This document shows positions 1 to 7,620 of a stretch of 14,246 bases of DNA, one piece after another. The position numbers and the translations under genes are program-made. The stretch lies in the IMG/VR virus record IMGVR_UViG_2541047787_000008. The stretch is one strand, 5' to 3'. The notes below the pieces were generated by a model. The model was not told the DNA's origin. It searched no databases and worked only from the letters and a program-made list of their open reading frames with translations. The DNA is from a virus (Duplodnaviria; Heunggongvirae; Uroviricota; Caudoviricetes). Position 1 is the stretch's first letter. Each line of letters opens with the position of its first letter.

Positions 1-183
1 GCAAAGGACTGTCTCCTTCTGCCGGTTGAAATCACCCACAGCCCACTCAGCAAAGCTGTGGGTTACAATTTCCCTGTCACCTGGTACATTAACTGCATAG
101 CAATACTCCATCTTCGCTTTTCCACCCGGTACAGGAAGCGCAATCAGTTGCGAGCGACGGTAGTGTGTTGTTAAACTGTTCAT
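1..183 (-). CDS. Hypothetical phage early-right protein, N-terminal 61 codons only (continues beyond window start)
   Basis: Hand translation of the minus strand from ATG at 183..181 gives 61 sense codons ([21 protein letters not shown]...) with no stop to position 1. Its ATG overlaps the stop of the upstream CII-like gene in an ATGA arrangement. Not in the ORF track because it has no stop in-window. Confidence 0.4.
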   Translation of the reverse strand, partial: MNSLTTHYRRSQLIALPVPGGKAKMEYCYAVNVPGDREIVTHSFAEWAVGDFNRQKETVLC

Positions 184-743
184 GCGTTAGTTTCTCCACA
201 GTCACGACACGCCACGGCGCCCGGAGCTGCACACTCGCGGGCGTCATTACTTTCTGAAATGCAAAAGATTTTGTAGACCAGTGCTGCATGCTCCTGCAGC
301 TTCGAAATTGAGAGATACAGCTCGTCGTTAATTGCTGTCTTCTCATGCGGTTCCACTACACCGTCTTCGATTGCTGAACGAATCTGTCTGGAATAACTGC
401 CAATCTGTTCAATGACTTCCAGCAGGCGCTGGTTGATATCGGCGTTGTCCACATCCTCGACGTCAGGAAGAGACACAAAGACGCCATTTGCAGACTGCGC
501 CACAGCATCAGCAATGAAGTGAGTGCCACCAGCACGCTGTAAAACCATTGCCCATCCCAGCGGGAAAATCTGATCGCCATCTGCACGAAGGCGGTTGAAT
601 AAAGCGTTTTCTGTTACATCGAGCCAGTCAGCCGCTTCAGCGTAACCCCCCGGCAACGCCGCGATAGTTTTTCTGACAGCTTTCACGTACCACTCAGGCT
701 GTTTTTCTATTTTCCAGTGATGCTTACCCACGATTAGCCTCAT
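180..743 (-). CDS. Phage CII-like regulatory protein (YdaT / CP76-type), tentative
   Basis: 187-aa ORF immediately downstream of the Cro-like gene on the same strand, the position occupied by cII-like genes in lambdoid and Rac-like prophages. Family call is from recalled similarity, not a search. Confidence 0.5.
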   Translation of the reverse strand: MRLIVGKHHWKIEKQPEWYVKAVRKTIAALPGGYAEAADWLDVTENALFNRLRADGDQIFPLGWAMVLQRAGGTHFIADAVAQSANGVFVSLPDVEDVDNADINQRLLEVIEQIGSYSRQIRSAIEDGVVEPHEKTAINDELYLSISKLQEHAALVYKIFCISESNDARECAAPGAVACRDCGETNA

Positions 744-774
744 CGTTCTGTGGTTAAAAATTGAAAGTGTTCTG

Positions 775-975
775 CTAATCTTTCGGATAGATATCCGGTC
801 TTAAGTCAGATTTCGTAATTGCACCTGACGTGCATTGCTCAAGTTTTTTAGCCAGCACAAAACTGGCTTTTTTATAGCCATTGAAAACCAGCCGTAAGTA
901 GCCAGGTGTTGAGCCAACTTTTCCGGCCAACTCGCCCTGCTGTTCTTTGGTTAAAGAGTCCCAATACGCTTTCAT
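775..975 (-). CDS. Cro-like HTH regulator (YdaS-like), about 66 aa
   Basis: The ORF-track frame 775..1278 is open further upstream, but the plausible start is the ATG at 975..973 with GGAGGT about 10 nt upstream on the minus strand. Product MKAYWDSLTKEQQGELAGKVGSTPGYLRLVFNGYKKAS... has a helix-turn-helix-like core. It is divergent from the repressor gene. Confidence 0.65.
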   Translation of the reverse strand: MKAYWDSLTKEQQGELAGKVGSTPGYLRLVFNGYKKASFVLAKKLEQCTSGAITKSDLRPDIYPKD

Positions 976-1065
976 ACAATATGTACCTCCGGTATACATA
1001 TTACATGATTGAAATGAACCTTCAAGATACTTGTACCTTAACGGTACAAGGGTTTTAATTTCGTT
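976..1065. promoter_or_regulatory. Divergent promoter/operator region between the cro-like and cI-like genes (oR-like)
   Basis: Perfect inverted repeat cttgtacc-ttaac-ggtacaag at 1030..1050 and a second TGTACC-containing imperfect dyad at about 981..999. A candidate -35 TTGTAC (1031..1036) and -10 TTTAAT (1054..1059) would start the repressor transcript at or near its ATG at 1066. Confidence 0.6.
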
Positions 1066-1740
1066 ATGAAAACAATCCATGACATCCGGCGGTCTAACGC
1101 CAGAAAACTGAGAGATGGTGTTGGCGGGAATTCTTCCTTTGCCACTATGATTGATCGCGAGCCAACCCAGACCAGCAGGTTTATGGGAGATGGTGCTACT
1201 AAAAATATCGGTGACAGCATGGCACGACACATCGAAAAATGTTTCGACCTGCCTGTCGGATGGCTCGATCAAGAACACCAGACAACGAACATCACAAAAA
1301 AACCTGATGTTTCAATCACTAATAAACAAATCACATTAGTCCCTGTCATATCATGGGTACAGGCCGGAGCATGGAAAGAAGTTGGATATTCTGAGGTTGA
1401 TTTGAGCACAGCAGAAACGTATCCCTGCCCTGTACCCTGTGGGGAAATGACTTATATCTTGCGGGTGATAGGTGATTCAATGATTGATGAGTACCGCCCG
1501 GGAGACATGATTTTTGTCGATCCTGAAGTACCTGCCTGCCACGGTGACGACGTTATTGCATTGATGCACGATACAGGTGAAACCACCTTCAAAAGGTTGA
1601 TAGAAGATGGGACACAGCGTTATCTCAAAGCGTTAAACCCAAACTGGCCTGAGCCTTACATTAAGATCAACGGTAATTGCTCTATAATTGGTACAGTGAT
1701 TTTCTCAGGAAAACCAAGAAGATACAAAATCAAAGCCTAA
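1066..1740 (+). CDS. CI-like phage repressor with C-terminal S24 (LexA-type) autopeptidase domain
   Basis: 224-aa ORF. C-terminal region has the Ser/Lys dyad context (VIGDSM ... TFKRL) and a candidate Ala-Gly autocleavage site (VQAGAW). No Shine-Dalgarno before the ATG, consistent with a leaderless transcript as for lambda cI. Confidence 0.8.
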   Translation: MKTIHDIRRSNARKLRDGVGGNSSFATMIDREPTQTSRFMGDGATKNIGDSMARHIEKCFDLPVGWLDQEHQTTNITKKPDVSITNKQITLVPVISWVQAGAWKEVGYSEVDLSTAETYPCPVPCGEMTYILRVIGDSMIDEYRPGDMIFVDPEVPACHGDDVIALMHDTGETTFKRLIEDGTQRYLKALNPNWPEPYIKINGNCSIIGTVIFSGKPRRYKIKA

Positions 1741-1752
1741 TCAATGTTTATG

Positions 1753-1776
1753 AACCTGCTTCGGCAGGTTTTTTTA
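1753..1776 (+). terminator. Intrinsic terminator downstream of the repressor gene
   Basis: Stem aacctgc / gcaggtt with loop ttcg, followed by a run of T residues, 13 nt after the repressor stop codon. Confidence 0.7.
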
Positions 1777-1779
1777 TAC

Positions 1780-1812
1780 TTGACAATGTACCCTTGAGAT
1801 ACATAATGTACC
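1780..1812 (+). promoter_or_regulatory. pL-like early-left promoter with overlapping operator repeats
   Basis: TTGACA at 1780..1785, 16-nt spacer, CATAAT at 1802..1807. The 8-bp direct repeat aatgtacc occurs at 1785..1792 and 1805..1812, sharing the TGTACC half-site of the cro/cI operators. Confidence 0.65.
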
Positions 1813-1933
1813 TAAGCGAAACAACGAACAGGCAGGACGCCCACGAAGTAGCCGCCTGGGGCATATGAAGTCCAGGATGATTCGTTGAGTCATGTTGTGC
1901 CACTAGGCACTCATGTTAAAGCAGGTGTATGAA

Positions 1934-2209
1934 ATGAAAGTCCAGATTTTAAACAATAACTGTGAAGTCGTTTGGTCATACGACATAGCCGCCCCTGTAG
2001 ATCAGAGCGGCGATAGCTGGACCAATGGGAAACATCAGATTATGGCTGGAGTTGTGTTCTCTTTACGCCGTGCTTTGGAACAGGCTGAAGTATTTCCATC
2101 AGACCCTGAATGGAAATGGCCTTTTTCTATTTGTCCAAATTCGGAGAGCACATTTCAGAAAATTGGTCAGAAAGTCGCACTCGAAGAGCATCAGCCAACT
2201 GTTTCCTGA
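1934..2209 (+). CDS. Hypothetical small protein, first ORF downstream of the pL-like promoter (uncertain; overlaps the next feature)
   Basis: In-frame ATG at 1934 with AGGTG 6 nt upstream; the track ORF begins at 1913. Overlaps the convergent minus-strand ORF by 83 nt, so at most one is likely real over the shared stretch. Confidence 0.3.
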   Translation: MKVQILNNNCEVVWSYDIAAPVDQSGDSWTNGKHQIMAGVVFSLRRALEQAEVFPSDPEWKWPFSICPNSESTFQKIGQKVALEEHQPTVS

Positions 2210-2372
2210 TTTTTTCAGGTAACTCGTCGGCATCGCAGAAACAACAACGCTCGATCATGTTGAAAGCCGATTCGTAGAACTGTTTTTGCTGAGTGTCGCT
2301 GAGACAGGAAAAGAGCGACGTTACGATGATTTTATTAATTGCATTATCAAGTTCTTTTTCATCAAAAGTCAT
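2127..2372 (-). CDS. Hypothetical acidic 81-aa protein (uncertain; convergent with the previous feature)
   Basis: ATG at 2372..2370 preceded on the minus strand by AAGGA with a 7-nt spacer. Protein-like composition; no family recognised. Confidence 0.35.
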   Translation of the reverse strand: MTFDEKELDNAINKIIVTSLFSCLSDTQQKQFYESAFNMIERCCFCDADELPEKIRKQLADALRVRLSDQFSEMCSPNLDK

Positions 2373-2469
2373 TTGATTTTCCTTTTATGTATACGGGCTT
2401 AAAAGGATACCACCGAGCCTGAAGTGGTGAAAAGACAGGCACATAACAGCTAAGTATTTTCAACCTGAG

Positions 2470-2800
2470 AGAATCCTTAGCGTTGTGGTGAATGCGGCTC
2501 AGCGCACGCGGGTTAAGGTTGAGGCTGACAGTCGACCTTCTGTGGATACCCACCCGCCTGGTGTGCAACCTTCGCCAGGCACCGGGAGGCACCCGGCACC
2601 ACAACTTTATGCTGTGTGTAGTCCTGGCGGTACCAGCTTCTACCCTTGCTTCCGGCTGGTACCGCTCTTTTTACAAAACAGAGAAGAGCATCACCGGACG
2701 ACGGGCTCATAACCCAATCCACCGGGGCGGCTGCCACCGCAGGTGTTCTTCTCTGTTTTGTGGAGAAACCAACCGACCTTGCAGGGTCGATATGATGAGG
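2470..2800 (+). other. GC-rich, highly structured non-coding island (candidate ncRNA or terminator/antitermination element)
   Basis: About 63% GC in a hand-counted 60-nt stretch, against roughly 30-45% in flanking sequence. Several perfect stems; ORF-track ORFs here on both strands translate to low-complexity Arg/Pro/Gly-rich strings. The next real start looks like ATG 2810, preceded by GAGGAG. Confidence 0.4.
2627..2672 (+). terminator. Intrinsic-terminator-like hairpin inside the GC-rich island
   Basis: Perfect 11-bp stem gcggtaccagc (2627..2637) / gctggtaccgc (2655..2665) with a 17-nt loop, followed by TCTTTTT at 2666..2672. Confidence 0.55.
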
Positions 2801-2809
2801 AGCAGCAAA

Positions 2810-3172
2810 ATGGCTAGCGAACGCAGTACCAACGTGCAGGAATTTATCGGGGAGCTGGACGGCGGCGTATTTGAAACCAAAATCGGCGCAGTTCTCAGTG
2901 AAGTCGCTTCCGGTGTGATGAACACGAAAACCAAAGGTAAGGTCTCGCTCAACCTGGAAATCGAACCGTTTGATGAGAACCGTGTGAAAATAAAACACAA
3001 ACTCTCATATGTTCGTCCGACTAACCGCGGGAAAATTTCCGAAGAAGACACCACCGAAACGCCGATGTATGTCAATCGCGGTGGTCGCCTGACTATTCTG
3101 CAGGAAGACCAGGGACAATTACTGACTCTTGCCGGTGAACCTGACGGAAAACTCCGCGCAGCAGGTCATTAA
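2810..3172 (+). CDS. Hypothetical phage early protein, 120 aa (possibly YfdP-like)
   Basis: ATG at 2810 with GAGGAG 7 nt upstream; the 226-aa track ORF 2492..3172 is the same frame extended through the GC-rich region. YfdP assignment rests only on size and neighbourhood. Confidence 0.7.
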   Translation: MASERSTNVQEFIGELDGGVFETKIGAVLSEVASGVMNTKTKGKVSLNLEIEPFDENRVKIKHKLSYVRPTNRGKISEEDTTETPMYVNRGGRLTILQEDQGQLLTLAGEPDGKLRAAGH

Positions 3173-3237
3173 TATCGTTCTTAATTAACTGATTATTTAT
3201 CTCATCACTGAATATCTTTATATAGTGAGGACTTATT

Positions 3238-4062
3238 ATGTCTCAGAACTTAGACGCAACCGCAATTAATCAAATCCATGCCCTTATTTCTGCTCAGGGT
3301 GTTAATGAAATTATCAGTAAGATTGGTGCCGACGCAGTGGCATTACCTGAAAATTTCCGCATTCATGATCTGGAAAAATTTAATTTAAATCGCTTCCGTT
3401 TCCGTGGTGCGCTTTCCACTGCCAGCATCGATGACTTTACCCGTTATTCTAAAGATCTTGCGGATGAAGGCACCCGCTGCTTTATCGATGCCGATAATAT
3501 GCGTGCCGTCAGTGTGCTTAACCTGGGTACTATTGATGAGCCTGGTCACGCAGATAACACCGCCACTCTCAAACTGAAAAAGACAGCACCGTTCTCTGCT
3601 CTGTTGTCTGTTAACGGCGAGCGTAACTCCCAGAAGTCACTGGCAGAATGGATTGAAGACTGGGCCGACTACCTTGTGGGCTTTGATGCTAATGGTGATG
3701 CCATTCAGGCAACAAAAGCGGCTGCGGCAGTCCGTAAAATCACGATTGAAGCAAACCAGACCGCTGATTTTGAAGACAATGACTTCAGCGGCAAACGCTC
3801 CCTGATGGAGTCTGTCGAAGCGAAGACCAAAGATATTATGCCAGTGACATTTGAATTTAAATGCGTTCCGTTTGAAGGCCTGAAAGAACGTCCGTTTAAA
3901 TTACGCCTCAGCATTATCACTGGCGATCGTCCTGTACTGGTTCTGCGCATTATTCAGCTGGAAGCAGTGCAGGAAGAAATGGCTAACGAATTTCGTGATC
4001 TGCTTGTTGAGAAATTCAAGGACAGCAAAGTAGAAACCTTTATTGGTACTTTTACCGCCTGA
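3238..4062 (+). CDS. Phage protein of the YfdQ / DUF2303 type, 274 aa
   Basis: Clean ORF with GAGGA 8 nt upstream of the ATG. Length and position next to an HD hydrolase match the yfdP-yfdQ-yfdR module of the K-12 CPS-53/KplE1 prophage. Family call is from memory, not a search. Confidence 0.7.
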   Translation: MSQNLDATAINQIHALISAQGVNEIISKIGADAVALPENFRIHDLEKFNLNRFRFRGALSTASIDDFTRYSKDLADEGTRCFIDADNMRAVSVLNLGTIDEPGHADNTATLKLKKTAPFSALLSVNGERNSQKSLAEWIEDWADYLVGFDANGDAIQATKAAAAVRKITIEANQTADFEDNDFSGKRSLMESVEAKTKDIMPVTFEFKCVPFEGLKERPFKLRLSIITGDRPVLVLRIIQLEAVQEEMANEFRDLLVEKFKDSKVETFIGTFTA

Positions 4063-4189
4063 TTTCATTACTGCAAATGCCCCTGCGGGGGCATTTATGG
4101 AAACGTAATTGACTCAATAATCGCCGGATGGTGAGGGCTTTCTTTTACCAGAATTCAGCGCGGTGCAGCGCATATACGTGGAGAACAAA

Positions 4190-4714
4190 ATGTCATTTAT
4201 TAAAACTTTTTCCGGGAAGCATTTTTATTATGACAGGATAAATAAAGACGACATCGTTATTAACGATATCGCGGTTTCTCTTTCAAATATCTGTCGCTTT
4301 GCAGGACATCTTTCACATTTCTACAGCGTCGCCCAACATGCGGTGCTTTGCAGCCAACTGGTACCGCAGGAATTTGCTTTTGAAGCGTTAATGCATGATG
4401 CAACAGAAGCGTATTGCCAGGACATCCCGGCGCCACTGAAACGCCTTCTTCCTGACTATAAACGGATGGAAGAAAAAATAGACGCCGTAATCCGTGAGAA
4501 ATACGGGTTACCCCCGGTTATGAGTACGCCCGTGAAATATGCCGATCTCATCATGCTGGCAACCGAACGCCGCGATCTCGGGCTTGATGATGGCTCTTTC
4601 TGGCCCGTACTGGAAGGTATCCCGGCAACAGAGATGTTCAAAGTTATTCCACTGTCGCCAGGCCATACCTATGGGATGTTTATGGAACGCTTTAAAGAGT
4701 TAACTGAGTCGTAA
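4190..4714 (+). CDS. HD-domain phosphohydrolase (YfdR-like 5'-deoxynucleotidase family)
   Basis: HD-type metal-binding motifs (FAGHLSHFYSVAQH ... LMHDATEAY). Preferred start ATG 4190 with GGAGAA 4 nt upstream; the track ORF starts at 4163. Confidence 0.8.
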   Translation: MSFIKTFSGKHFYYDRINKDDIVINDIAVSLSNICRFAGHLSHFYSVAQHAVLCSQLVPQEFAFEALMHDATEAYCQDIPAPLKRLLPDYKRMEEKIDAVIREKYGLPPVMSTPVKYADLIMLATERRDLGLDDGSFWPVLEGIPATEMFKVIPLSPGHTYGMFMERFKELTES

Positions 4715-4822
4715 AAATCAGCACGTACGAATTCAAACTCTGCCATAAAAGAACATATAAGTAATTTATTAACATATAGATATAGGTTATATTACAAATT
4801 GAAAAATTATTGGAGAGCAACA

Positions 4823-5689
4823 ATGAATCAAAATCCATTCTCATTCTATGACTTTCTTGGATATTTAATACCAGGTGGTTTTTTTATCCTATTAATGTAT
4901 TTCTGTGGTTTGACATTCGATCTAGATATTGTTATTGACTTAAGTGAATTGCTCAGAGGTCAAAGTCAAATCTTTGGCATTTTGAACTACGCTTCAATAG
5001 TTATTATATCTTATATAGCTGGACATTTTATTTCTATCACGTCAGCATTTTTTATCGAAAAATACATGAATAAAGAATTAGGATATCCTTCCAAATATCT
5101 ATTTAAAAAATTGATAGATACCTCAGAAAGCATTTGTAGCCCATCATGCGATGAGAGAAGCGCTGATAAAAAAACAAAAATAAAGAATCGCATAATCAAA
5201 TGCGTATTATGTCCAATAATACTATGGGATTTTATAACACAAAAACTATGTTATTCTCAATCTCTACCATTTCATTTAGCTAATACAACATGGTTAATGA
5301 TCAAAGAAGGTTATGAGAAAAAGTTCATAACAAATCGCCAATTATTACAAGATAAAAACGGACTTGATGATGATCTCTTCAGATTGGCATATCATTATGT
5401 TTATGAGTTTTCAAAACAACATCAAACAAAAATTCAAAACTATGTTGCATTATATGGTTTTTGCAGAAACATATGTTTAATCTTTATAATTTCATTTTGG
5501 GTATCAGTTCCAACCTTTATTTATCGATTATGTACTCATAGTGATTATCTTTATAGTTTACTTTCAATAATGCTTAGCTTTTTCTTCGTCTATGTTTTCT
5601 ATGTTGGTTTTGTTAAATTTTATAGAAGATATACTTTAGAAGTATTAATGGCATTTGCTGTACTTCAAAGTAACGACACTATTCGTTAA
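4823..5689 (+). CDS. AT-rich hypothetical membrane protein in the slot between the early-left genes and xis
   Basis: Preferred start ATG 4823 with GGAG 7 nt upstream (track start 4799). About 28-35% GC in two hand-counted 60-nt stretches. Two hydrophobic helices at the N-terminus and two at the C-terminus flank a hydrophilic Cys-containing middle (CSPSC ... CVLCP). No family recognised. Confidence 0.75.
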   Translation: MNQNPFSFYDFLGYLIPGGFFILLMYFCGLTFDLDIVIDLSELLRGQSQIFGILNYASIVIISYIAGHFISITSAFFIEKYMNKELGYPSKYLFKKLIDTSESICSPSCDERSADKKTKIKNRIIKCVLCPIILWDFITQKLCYSQSLPFHLANTTWLMIKEGYEKKFITNRQLLQDKNGLDDDLFRLAYHYVYEFSKQHQTKIQNYVALYGFCRNICLIFIISFWVSVPTFIYRLCTHSDYLYSLLSIMLSFFFVYVFYVGFVKFYRRYTLEVLMAFAVLQSNDTIR

Positions 5690-5730
5690 TAATGTTGCTC
5701 CCGTGTGCAGACGGGATAATGGAGAAACGT

Positions 5731-5937
5731 ATGCTGAACCTCGATTGTGTTCCTATCTCAACTTATTGCAAAGAAACTGGCGAAACTCCTGAAGCAATAA
5801 ACAAACGTGTACAGCGCGGTGTTTGGCGTGAAGGTGTTCAGGTTTTAAAGGTTGAAGGCGTTAAGGAGAGGTGGATTGATCTTAGTGAGGTTGCAAAATG
5901 GGCCAGACAAAACTGCTCAAACTACCGCGCGGCGTAA
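5731..5937 (+). CDS. xis: Excisionase-like protein (Xis), about 68 aa
   Basis: Small basic ORF immediately upstream of int and overlapping it by about 40 nt, as in lambda. Preferred start ATG 5731 with GGAGAAA upstream; the track ORF starts at 5692. Confidence 0.65.
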   Translation: MLNLDCVPISTYCKETGETPEAINKRVQRGVWREGVQVLKVEGVKERWIDLSEVAKWARQNCSNYRAA

Positions 5938-7073
5938 CAATCAGGAAACACCGCCAGGGAGAAACGATCAATATAACTTTCACCTACAAAGGAGTTAGAT
6001 GTCGTGAGCCGCTTTCCAATCTGGAAGTAACACCAAAGAACATTAAATACGCCGAGCGTACACTCGGCGAAATCCATAATAAGATCGAAAGGGGAACATT
6101 CATTTATGCAGAATATTTTCCCCGTTCTGCTCGTTTGAAAATTTTTGGTAATGCTGCTGCAGGCAAAACGGTAAAGATGTACCTGGACGAATATCTTGAA
6201 ATCTGCGAAACAAGAAAACTTTCACCCTCTACGATTGGTGGCTATAAAAAATGCCGTAGTGCGTTAGCCTCACTTCACATTTGCCCTGCAAGTGAATTAA
6301 CACCAGCAACCCTGAAAGCGTGGATTCAAAGCCAGAAAACAACCTTAAAAACCATTCGCAACCAGTTATCTTTCCTACGGTCAGCACTTGATGAAGCCGT
6401 GACCGATGGGGTACTTCAAATTAACCCCGTATCGTTAGTAACAGCTTCGCGCTACCAAAGTGATAAGTCAGAAGCAGAAAGCAGCTATGTGGTTGATCCG
6501 CTATCACCAGCAGAAGTTGATGCATTACTAGCAGCAGCCGGAAACAAACAATGGGAAAATCTGTTCCGGTTCGCCATACATACAGGCCTGCGTAGTTCTG
6601 AATTATGTGCCCTACGATGGCATGATATCGACTTTGTTGGAAAAACAGCCCATGTTCAGAGCGCAAGTGTTGTCGGAGTTATCAAAGGAACAAAGACAAA
6701 AGCCGGTACCCGTAAAGTTGAACTGACTGAAGAAGCAATGTTGGCGTTGATAAACCAGAAGCCATTTACATTCATGAAGGATGCTACTGTCTTTGAAGAT
6801 CCAAAGACCAATAAACCCTGGGCAAGTGCTGATGCAATTAGGAAAAAAGCATGGGTGCCAACATTGCGAAAAGCAGGTATTCGTTACAGAAACCCATATC
6901 AAACCAGGCATACATTCGCCACCAGCCATATCAGCCGTGGTGCGAACCTGTTCTGGCTTGCAGGCCAGATGGGCCATAAGGGACCAGAAATGCTATTTCG
7001 TCACTATGGCAGTTACCTTGCTGCATATGACGGACATACCGCTAAAAATACTAATGATACAAAACAGGCTTGA
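5898..7073 (+). CDS. int: Phage integrase, tyrosine recombinase family
   Basis: 391-aa ORF with GAGG 7 nt upstream of the ATG. Catalytic-domain motifs are visible: HTGLRSSELCALRW (Arg box), QTRHTFATSH, MGHKG, and the terminal FRHYGSY with the candidate catalytic Tyr. Confidence 0.9.
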   Translation: MGQTKLLKLPRGVTIRKHRQGETINITFTYKGVRCREPLSNLEVTPKNIKYAERTLGEIHNKIERGTFIYAEYFPRSARLKIFGNAAAGKTVKMYLDEYLEICETRKLSPSTIGGYKKCRSALASLHICPASELTPATLKAWIQSQKTTLKTIRNQLSFLRSALDEAVTDGVLQINPVSLVTASRYQSDKSEAESSYVVDPLSPAEVDALLAAAGNKQWENLFRFAIHTGLRSSELCALRWHDIDFVGKTAHVQSASVVGVIKGTKTKAGTRKVELTEEAMLALINQKPFTFMKDATVFEDPKTNKPWASADAIRKKAWVPTLRKAGIRYRNPYQTRHTFATSHISRGANLFWLAGQMGHKGPEMLFRHYGSYLAAYDGHTAKNTNDTKQA

Positions 7074-7266
7074 TGCTGCCCGAACAAATAGCCACTGAAA
7101 CCTGATAAAAAGTTATTTGTGATGTGGTTATGTTCGTCATATCCACATCATACATACTTAAACATAAGGCACTTTTTACCTTGCAAAAATTCGAACCAAG
7201 CATTTATGTTATAGGTGAACTTGGTACTCAGGCAGCTGTCCTAGTACTAGGAACACGCGGGAAATC

Positions 7267-7296
7267 TTGGAGCCAGTACGTAGATTATGGTAAAAT
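7267..7296 (+). promoter_or_regulatory. Candidate promoter for the downstream two-gene cassette
   Basis: TTGGAG at 7267..7272, 18-nt spacer, extended -10 TGgTAAAAT at 7288..7296. A 12-bp perfect palindrome cctagtactagg lies upstream at 7240..7251. Confidence 0.45.
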
Positions 7297-7368
7297 CCCG
7301 CGCCCCGTTCTGCGGGGAGCAATAAATGCCTCAAAAGGATACATTGGGGGGACTGAAAGGAGGTCTTT

Positions 7369-7617
7369 ATGTCAGAACTAGTCATGAAGATGTTTGGGCT
7401 GAATGATTTGGTCAAAGGCGGACAAGCCATGGCCGATCGTTTGAACAAATCTGGTGTTAAAAACATCAAGGTCGTAGGGCGTGGTGCAGTTATTGTAGAC
7501 CCATCTACTGACCCAGAAAAAATCACTCAGCTTAGGAAAGCAGCTAGAAAATTCGTCGAGCAGGATGCAAAAGCTGTTGCAGCCGCTAAAGCTAACTCAA
7601 TGGACAATGACGACTAA
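7369..7617 (+). CDS. Hypothetical small soluble protein (82 aa), first gene of the int-proximal cassette
   Basis: Strong AAGGAGG at 7357..7363, 5 nt before the ATG. Charged, Ala/Lys-rich C-terminal half. No family recognised. Confidence 0.75.
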   Translation: MSELVMKMFGLNDLVKGGQAMADRLNKSGVKNIKVVGRGAVIVDPSTDPEKITQLRKAARKFVEQDAKAVAAAKANSMDNDD

Positions 7618-7620
7618 CAA

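Noticed and set aside
89-346. 85-aa minus-strand ORF from the track
   Set aside because: Overlaps the CII-like gene and the coupled partial gene in a different frame; no ribosome-binding site and a low-complexity product.
1038-1339. Small track ORFs (1038..1232 minus, 1151..1339 plus) inside the repressor gene and operator region
   Set aside because: Embedded in or antisense to the well-supported CI-like repressor gene.
2470-2800. Retron msr/msd, CRISPR array or tRNA as explanations for the GC-rich island
   Set aside because: No reverse-transcriptase gene nearby, no spaced direct repeats and no tRNA cloverleaf features. A regulatory or ncRNA role remains possible and is reported as a finding.
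2492-3172. 226-aa version of the 120-aa early gene, plus minus-strand ORFs 2362..2604, 2513..2998 and 2707..3075
   Set aside because: The N-terminal extension and the antisense ORFs run through the GC-rich structured island and translate to Arg/Pro/Gly-rich low-complexity strings; the ribosome-binding site points to ATG 2810 as the true start.
6421-6977. Minus-strand ORFs 6421..6666 and 6612..6977
   Set aside because: Antisense to the strongly supported integrase gene.
7124-7526. Track ORFs 7124..7381 (plus) and 7209..7526 (minus), and a 26-aa ORF at 7326..7406
   Set aside because: They overlap the promoter, ribosome-binding site and start of the 82-aa gene with no translation signals of their own. 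The 26-aa ORF could be a leader peptide, but there is no evidence for it.
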